DNA of 64,000 nt from Octopus vulgaris (taxonomy: Eukaryota). The stretch spans positions 5,270,001 through 5,334,000 of the forward strand of contig OX597830.1 of assembly GCA_951406725.2 (NCBI GenBank), written 5' to 3'. The position numbers were made by a program, and so were the translations under genes. Position 1 is the stretch's first letter, and the number at the start of each line of letters is the position of its first letter. The notes under the pieces were generated by a model that was not told where the DNA came from, made no database searches, and saw only the letters and a program-made list of their open reading frames with translations. Positions 55,041-64,000 of the stretch are shown here, piece after piece.

Positions 55041-55172
55041 TATACACACATTCGTTTGCACACATACATACGCAAAGACATAGATATACACACATTTATT
55101 TTCACACATACATACGCAAGGACATAGATATACACACATTCAGTTTCACACATACATACGCAAGGACATAGA
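55041..55172. repeat. 44-bp minisatellite, 3 units
   Basis: tatacacacattNNNNNNcacacatacatacgcaaggacataga x3. Confidence 0.85.
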
Positions 55173-55849
55173 TTTAAAATAACTCTAGAAATATATTTCT
55201 ATGATTCTCCATTTTAATACGTATTTTGATTAACATACAATAATAATTATGGATACATTTTGGTTGTAATAATGGAATAAGCAGATGTGCTTCATGAGGA
55301 AACAGCTGAGATATGCCCTAACTACCTATATGATATTACAAGCAAAACACCCCACCTCCGTCCAATGGACGGTGCTGTGTTGTCAAACATTTAAACCAAA
55401 TTTTCTCAAAACAACCTGTCCAACTGTCCCATAGGCCCCTCTTTGAGAAACACTGATTTAACCTAATTTTGAGATACCAGCAAAAGAAGAAATAAAGGTA
55501 GACTTTTTTCTATTCCCCCCCAAAAAAAAAACGATTTTATTCACACAAATATGCAACCGAAGTGTTTAAATTACCAGTAATGATAAGGCTGTTGACTGGG
55601 AGAACACAAACATGGTTTAAATAGTAAGCTTGGCAGGAAAGAAACGTGCCTTTAAGTAGTACAAAAAGTGGAAAAAAATGGAAGTTGTACAGGTTGACGG
55701 AAGAAAAGCAGGACAAAAACGATGCATGCAAATGGGTTAGCTGGAGGTAAATCTAGATGGAAAAGCATGATGATTTTTTTGCGCAAACTGCATGTGCACT
55801 TTTCTCGCGTACGCGTAGTATGGATCGTAACAGCTGATGTACTTGCGCG

Positions 55850-56043
55850 TACAGATGCACGTTCCCACGGCTTTATCAATCGAATTCTCACCTGGATTCA
55901 ATTTTTGTAATCTTTTCAAAAGTTATACACGCCCTGATACCGTCGGTATCTACACATCAAATTTGAGCGCAATCGGATGGACGATGCTCGAGATCATAGA
56001 AGACACGCACACAGGCAGACAGAACGGATTTTATACAATAGAT
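55850..56043 (-). mobile_element. Non-autonomous Helitron-like 5' end
   Basis: Minus strand aTCtattgtataaaatccgttctgtctg...ccgattgcgctcaaatttg, resembling Lep1-type Helitron 5' ends; 3' hairpin/CTRR not located. Confidence 0.45.
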
Positions 56044-57122
56044 ATATACATATATATAACTAACATTCGGAAAAAATATCATATATATCTAAAAATGGGA
56101 AGAAATACCGGCGCCCTAATGAATCTGCCAGTGCGCCGCTTTATTTCAATTGTTATTAATCCGTTCTACCATAGGCACAAGGCCCGAAATTTGTGACGGA
56201 GTCACTAATATCGATCTCCAGTGCTGAACTGGTACTTATTTTGTTGACCACGAAAGGTTAATTAACCTCGGCAGAATTTGAACTCAAAACATAAAGGACG
56301 AAATGCCGCAAAGAATTTTGTCTGGCATACTAACGGTTCTTTCAGCTCACCGCCTTATTTTCGAGGGATTAATAATAGATTGTTCTCTGTTAAATATTCC
56401 TGTGAGATGGAAAGCTTTTCTACAATTCCAAAGCGGAAAACAAAGAGCAACAAAACTATACAACAGCGAGTATCGTATATTGTATATTGTTTAAATGAAC
56501 TAACAAAGAAAATCAGACTTTCTTTCAGAACAGCCGAGGAGGTGGCCCTGGTTGGCAGTCGTCCGGTATATAAACACCGAAAGCTATGTATAGATAAAGA
56601 ATACATAAACTTTGTGTCAGTGTATCTGTCATGTAGGGTGGAAGGAAGAATGGAATCTTTCTGCATAAACATACAATGTGTTTCTGCGGTGAGCAAATAC
56701 AAGACGTTCAACATGGAAGCATAGGTCGGAGGTATTTAATGAAAGATTCCTGATGGTGTTCAGTAAGAAGTAGCAGTTCATTTATTTAATTAAAATGTTA
56801 ATAAATTAGATCAAATCAAATGGGTTGGTGACTACACAAATTATCACAGACAGGCATAATCAAAGATTATCAGTAACTAACTATGCAGAGTTGATCAGAG
56901 ACACAAACAACAGAAACAAGAACAACAAGACACACACATGCACCCAAGCAATACTAATATATATACATATAGATATATGTATATATATGTATATATATAT
57001 ACATACATATATAAATATATATATGTACGTATGTATATACATGTATATATATTTATGCTGTCTATATACATACATACGCGCGCACACATACACACTCCCA
57101 CACACACATATATATATATATG

Positions 57123-57171
<49 letters not shown>

Positions 57172-57242
57172 GTATGTATATATACATATATAGATATATA
57201 TACTATATGTATAAGTGTATATATATTATGCATAAATGGATG

Positions 57243-57593
<351 letters not shown>

Positions 57594-58434
57594 GTTGTTG
57601 CTTTGGTGCTGATGTCTATGAATCGGATTTCATTCAAAGGAATGTGTTGTCCGTATTTGCTGACTGATTGTATTTCAATGCATGAACAAACTCAGTGACT
57701 TTAGTGATTTCATTTTGAATTCTACACGTACGTAGTGGTTGATTTTGATTAAAATTTCAAGGTTTTAATTATAACGACATTGCTGAATATTTTATTAAAT
57801 TCGATGATAAGAATATAATGACCTCTGTCACACCAGACATTAGTATCTCGAATACTGATATGTTAGAACTGAAATGTGATATATTCGGTTGAAGTAGTAG
57901 TAGTAGTAGTAGTAGTAGTATTGTAACCAGGCTTGACTTGGATGGAGCAGACCTTTGCTGTATTCGCAGTGGCTGTGTTAAAGATTCGTACATGATGTTT
58001 AACTAAATTTGAATTTATTAACACCAATGGAAAACATGTAACCGCTCATTTAGGAATTCATTATGTGACTGACTATCGTTGTATCCAGGATGTATTTCTT
58101 ATTTCTAATTCCTGTTTTGTTTCTATGTTTGAATCACAGCAAGCGCGGTGGCATTTTGAGGATTCTCTGGCACTGAACGCAGGAATAGAAGAAAGTTGGA
58201 CTGGTTACAAAAACAAGGTATCGAGTTATGGCCCAAACTAGAAATCTGGTCAAAATGTTAGCTGCAGAGTTGTCTTTTCTAAAGTTGCTCAATGGCCAAG
58301 TGGTGACGGCCAATGGTTTAAATCTCCACATGGGCCGCAGAAACAGAACTGAAAACTTGAAATAATCTTATAAAAGTCAATGTTCATCAAGAAATACTTA
58401 ACAGAGGTCTATTCTAATTTATTACGAGCGATAT

Positions 58435-59235
58435 ATTTGTTTCATTACCCACAAGGGGCTAAACTTAGAGGGGAAAAACAAGGACAGACAAACGGATTAA
58501 GTCGATTACATCGATCCCAGTGCGTAACTGGTACTTGATTTATCAACCCCGAAAGGATGAAAGGCAAAGTCGACCTCGGCGGAATTTGAACTCAGAACGT
58601 AACGGCAGACGGAATACCGCTAAGCATTTCGCCCGGCGTGCTAACGATTTTGCCAGCTCTCCGCCCTTTGCGAACGATATGTTCTTAAGCTATATAGAGA
58701 GCGGATATGCAGTTGTCTTCTGGTTTACATGATAGATTATTTCACTGAGTAACCATGCAAATCGAAATGAAGCGATGTATTGTTGTAGTATTGGTTTCAA
58801 ATTTCGGCACATGGCCAGCAAGATTGACTGAGGATATAAGTCGATTACATCGACCGTAGTGCTCAAATGGTGCTTATTTTATCGATCTCGAAAAGATGAA
58901 GGGCAAAGTGAAATCGGTAGGAACTTGAAATCAGAACGTAAAGACGGGCGAAATGCCGCTAAATATTTTGCTCGGCGTTCCAACGATTCAAACGATTCTG
59001 CCAGCTTACCGCCTAACAGATATAGGCTGAATATTGAATTCAAATTTTGGCACAAGGCAGCAATTTCAGGGAAGAGAATAAGTCGATTACATCAACCCCA
59101 GTACTTATTTTAACGACCAATAAGGGATGAAAAGTAAAGTCGACCTCGGCGGAATTTGAACTCAGAACGTAAAGACTGACGAAATGTTGCTAAACATTTT
59201 GCTCGGCGTTGTAGCGACTTTGCCAGCTTACCGCC
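58435..59235 (-). mobile_element. Cluster of three SINE family B copies
   Basis: Three repeats of gtcgattacatc...aaagtcgacctcggcggaatttgaactcagaacg...gccagct..ccgcc. Confidence 0.85.
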
Positions 59236-60614
59236 TGACAGATGTAGTTTTAATATTAGTAATAAAAGACATACAAGCAACATTTTAAAAATATCTACTG
59301 TAAAAGGGGATCATAAAAACAGCAACTGTATTTATAATTCTCCATTAACTCTACCGGTTCTTATTTTTATCACCGTTTTTTTGAATCGTATTAAAAGTTG
59401 CGTCTTGTTGTTTCAATATTTCGAAGTTTTTTGACTTTATTTTAAAATTGATTTAAATATATTAATTTTTATTTCCAGACAAACTGACTTTGTCTACAGC
59501 TAAAATTTTCGAAAATACTTGGCAAAATATTCAAAAATTATTCTAACTTAAGCGTTAGTTCAGAATGTAATCTTCCTCACGACGGAAGATGTGAAACCAA
59601 AGCAAAATAAAAAACCGAAACGGAGGACAAGGGAGTGTTTCTACTTGCGAAATGTAATATGCATACAAACATACAAAGATATAAGCCCCAAACTTTGCTC
59701 ATGTGAAACTTTGTCGACCGAGGGGCAATTCTGTTTACATGTTTAGTGTTACTAACAACAAACTAATTCTGTCGCAATAACCCTCTTGTGATTATGTCAG
59801 AACTTGCCTCCTTACGTTAAATGATCCTTCGCTGATGCAAATAGTTATTACAGAAATATGAAACACACGAACGAGAAACGTGATCAAAAATAAGAACTGA
59901 ATACATAAACGTCTTTTATGTTTTAGATCGGTGAATCTTGTTTTCGATCTGACGCGAACTTCAGCTTAAACACATTATAAAATACGGAAGAAAAAAATTC
60001 TTCTTTGTTTCTGATAACCAAAATAAGCCATCCATGAAATTTGAAATTCATTAGAAAACATAGAAAATTGTTATTCCATTGTATTGTTGTTTTATCTACA
60101 AACATAGCTGTAAGCACCTGTTTTTATCACACAGCCATTGACCTGAGACACTTTATGATAAATTACTCTACAGCACTCATATGTTCAGACGTGTAGCGCT
60201 ACTGAACTGAATCGGTTATTATTTCTTTATATAACACACCATTATATTATGATTTTTCACTGAATTTCTTGCTTTTATGGTGATTCTTTTAGACGATATT
60301 GATTTCTTCAACACAAAACCACAACTATAGAGGCAAAATAAGATAATGTGTTTCAAACCATTACTTAATGCTGAACCGGAGCCTTTTATATCTGTTATTA
60401 AAGGAGGCGAAATGAGATTTAAGGCTGTTTATGCATTTTCCACATGAACATTAAAAACTTGAGTGAAGTGAAATTATTTTAATTAAGAAAAGAAATAGGA
60501 TTGCTGTCGAGAATAAGTGGAAAGGTACGTATTGCGCTACAGAAGCGGCTCCCAGCACTTTACTACGACAAATTTGACAATTCAATCAATCAATAATAAT
60601 AATAATAATAATGA

Positions 60615-60830
60615 TAATTCCAAATTTTTGCACAAGGCCAACAAATTCGTGGGTGGGGCTAAGCTGATTACATCGACGCCAATGTTCAACTGTTGCTTAT
60701 TTCCTCAACCCCGAAAGGATAAAAGTCAAAGTCGACCTCGGCGGAATTTGAACTCAGAATGTAAAGGCGGACTAAATGCCGCTAAGAATTTTGCCCGGTA
60801 TGCTAACGGTTCTGCCAGATTGCTGCCACC
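60615..60830 (-). mobile_element. SINE family B
   Basis: aaagtcgacctcggcggaatttgaactcag. Confidence 0.8.
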
Positions 60831-60884
60831 AAAAAATTAATCATTAAAGAAATTGAAAAAAATATTTGATAGCAGAGAGGATTT

Positions 60885-61230
60885 TTTAAAAAAGAAATAG
60901 AGAAATATGAAGACCTGGCTTGAAAGGTGAAGAAATTGTGGGAGGCAAGGATGCGAATTGTTCTAGTCGTAATTGGTGCTCTTGACACTACACCCGAACC
61001 ATTTCCTAAGAGGCTGAATGATATTAGAACTAAGTCGCACATTGTTGACCTACAGTAAAGCACCATCCTATGTTTTGTAAGAATTCAAAGGAAGATTCTT
61101 CAAATCTTGAAGAGACTTGGTGCCACCAAATCTCAAGACGACACCACTGCTAAGTTAAGTAGCATGGAACAGATTTATGAAAATAATAGTTGAAGTAATG
61201 ATAATAATAACAACAACAGTAATCTAATAA
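60885..61230 (+). mobile_element. R4/Dong-like RLE non-LTR retrotransposon 3' end with (TAA/CAA)n tail
   Basis: KEIEKYEDLA*KVKKLW...IVLVVIGALDT...LQ*STILCFVRIQRKIL matches the KxxKY..L...VIGALG...LQKxxLLxxxRILRK terminus. Confidence 0.75.
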
Positions 61231-61250
61231 TGAACAACACACAGATAGGG

Positions 61251-61287
<37 letters not shown>

Positions 61288-61488
61288 TATATATATATAT
61301 GTACGTATATGTATATCTGGATTTCGGTGCGAATGTTTTTATATATGGTGCCATGGTTTACAATCCTGTAAATAATAATGATCGTATTTTTATAGAAGCT
61401 TAAAGCTTCTGGCGATCGCCGTGCAGTGACTAAGGAAAATAGTCTAATAAAGAGGCATATAAGCCCTCGACAGAAAAAGAAGACTTTC

Positions 61489-61561
61489 GTATCCACGTGG
61501 GACGCGAACCTACATCCCTTTGTTATCGCGACTAAGCGTGTTACCTTTACACAAGCAGACA
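61489..61561 (-). pseudogene. tRNA-like sequence (pseudo-tRNA) followed by an oligo-T tract
   Basis: tgtctgc..gtgt aaaggta acac..gtagg ttcgcgt cccac gtggata; acceptor, D and T arms recognisable, anticodon arm broken. Confidence 0.45.
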
Positions 61562-61565
61562 CCCC

Positions 61566-61658
<93 letters not shown>

Positions 61659-62839
61659 TATATGCATACGTATATGTACATTATATATATGCATACGTGG
61701 GCACAGGACGTCATGAAACGTGTACAACAAAAATCACGAACCACGAGTACATGGAACATAAACCATTCTTTCGAACAACGAAAGACATAAATGGAAAACA
61801 AAACAAACAACATAAAGAACGACCCTTCATCTGTTGTTGGCTGTTTTTCTACTCGCGTATTTCGAGCATTTAACAACAATATACGCTTTCGATAAAACAG
61901 TTGCTCCCGCAAAGCAAATTAAATAAAATTTGGGATTTTGCGGAGGGTCAAAATTGGTAACACACACACATACACACACATATATATATATTTATTGCAG
62001 CAGTCCTTCAGTTTTTGTAAGACTTGTAAAAGAACTCGGAATGCTGGGCCTCCAACCCGGCCTTTCGCGATACATTTAAAGCCGGGAACTTCCTTGAGCC
62101 TTCTCGTATATATGTATATATATGCATGTATATATATATATATATATATATATACATACATACGCGCTCTTACATACACACAAATAGACACAGGCATAGT
62201 AACTAGTGTTGAGTGTAACAATCAGTTGTAAATACCAAGTATTTATATGAAATATCAGCTTAGGTTGTATTATATACGGAAATTGGACAAAATATCTTTA
62301 AGCTCTTAATAATAGTGAGTTTATAAGCAGTCCCTATAGAGAGTTAAACATAATATCTAGAACCAGACGCTGATAAAATCCAAACGTAAGGACAGAAATT
62401 AATCTCTCTGATCCATCCTTTCCTGTTCACGAAGATATTTTATACAAAGAAACAATGCGTTTATATTCTGTCTGTTACTAACAATGTTGGCCAAAAGCCT
62501 CTACAATACAATACTGAAATGAAACACTGCTAATAAACGAGTGATTTACTCATTCAACTTGTTGCCAAGAATGTGTTATGAAAGTAAATCGTTCTCTCTT
62601 ATTTAATTAAGCCTTTAGTAACAATGTGTTTAAAGACAGTGTGTTTCTGTGGATGATTAACGAGGGTAACGGTAGCAGATGAATTTCCAACTCGGGACTG
62701 AAACCCGTCCTGCTAATCGATCTTTTATTTGTTTTTTTTTTGTTTTTTTTTTGTCCATGAAGATATTGCATATAAAGAAGGTGTTTATATTAGCTTATTA
62801 ACGACATTGTTGGTTAAGTTAATCTATAGATATATTCTG

Positions 62840-63050
62840 GAGCACTGCGTAGAATTGAATCGCAACACCGGAGAAAGTGTTTAGCGCTATTTCTTCCGGT
62901 TCCTTCAGTTCTGAGTTCAAATTCTGCCGAGGTTGACCTTGCATTTCATACTTTCGAAGTTGATAAAAGAAAGAATCAGTTGAACGCCGCTTGGATGCGA
63001 TCAACTTCACTTCTTCCCTCACAATTGCTGGCTTTGTGCCAGGAGCTGAA
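62840..63050 (+). mobile_element. SINE family B, diverged
   Basis: ctgagttcaaattctgccgaggttgacc. Confidence 0.7.
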
Positions 63051-63170
63051 ATTATCATTGCATTCTCTCGTGCTCGCATTATATTGCTACACACAAAGCT
63101 GTCGGCCATTGAGCCACTTCTGCAACTTTCTCATGATTCTAAACTATATAGACTATAAAATCCATCTTAA

Positions 63171-63253
<83 letters not shown>

Positions 63254-63298
63254 TTACCTATCTGTCTGTCTGTCCGTCCGACCGTCTGTCTGTCTGCC

Positions 63299-63348
<50 letters not shown>

Positions 63349-63719
63349 TCTATGTATATATCTATCTATCTAGGGGAAGATGAAGATAAGTCCAATTATA
63401 AATTATTAGTTTCTACGTATGCTTCTTCATTGCGCTGATTAAGATTGGGCATTTGGACGCCTAATCGCAATGAATCATCAAGGAAACCCATTCTTTTCCA
63501 GAGCTCTAAAGTCTGAAGTCAGACTCACAATAGATGCTCTGTATACCACAAGTATTAAGACTGCTAAGTACAGCGGTAGACTAACCACTGCACTGGAAGC
63601 TGGCTGGATAATGATAGCCTACGCGGAACTCTCATACAATAATAGTCATGTATCTAACTCTACACACACACACACGCACAGTATAGATATGATGCGTATA
63701 TTGATATAAGTGTATGTAT

Positions 63720-63922
63720 GTGTGTATGTGTGTCTACGACCACTTGATAATCGGTGTTGGTGCGTTTACACTCCCGTCACTTAGCAGTACGGCAAGAGAA
63801 GACGATAGAGAATAATAATCTGACTTGAAGTTAAAAAAAAGGTATTGAGGTCAATTCTTTCGTTTAAAATTCTTTAAGATGGTGCCCAGCATGGCCTCAG
63901 TAGAGTCTAATGACTGAAACAA
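63720..63922 (+). mobile_element. SINE family A 3' half
   Basis: cggtgttggtgcgtttacac...ccagcatggcc...atgactgaaac. Confidence 0.7.
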
Positions 63923-63961
63923 AACATAAAACACACAAACACACACAGATACATATATACA

Positions 63962-64000
<39 letters not shown>

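Overview
AT-rich animal genomic DNA saturated with microsatellites. The three tRNA-derived SINE families and the repeat landscape look like an octopus (coleoid cephalopod) genome; this is inference, not checked. One clear protein-coding gene is present: an intronless-CDS, minus-strand type I membrane protein with a leucine-rich-repeat ectodomain (6209-8563), probably with a 3'UTR intron and a long terminal exon carrying a decayed 30-bp repeat. The rest is intronic or intergenic. It contains many SINEs, degenerate transposon fragments (mariner, pogo/Tigger, Tx1/L1, RTE-like, R4/Dong-like, Penelope-like, Helitron-like), mini- and microsatellites, and a few isolated candidate exons. Nearly all short ORFs in the track are microsatellite or SINE artefacts. 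The most notable hidden signal is about a dozen type I hammerhead-ribozyme-like motifs (CTGANGA...GAAAC...NTH), most of them degenerate. At least three lie between long inverted-repeat arms (13333-13718, 26975-27280, 32584-32927), suggesting a foldback, ribozyme-bearing, Penelope-related non-autonomous family. All motif calls were made by eye; no search or folding program was run.
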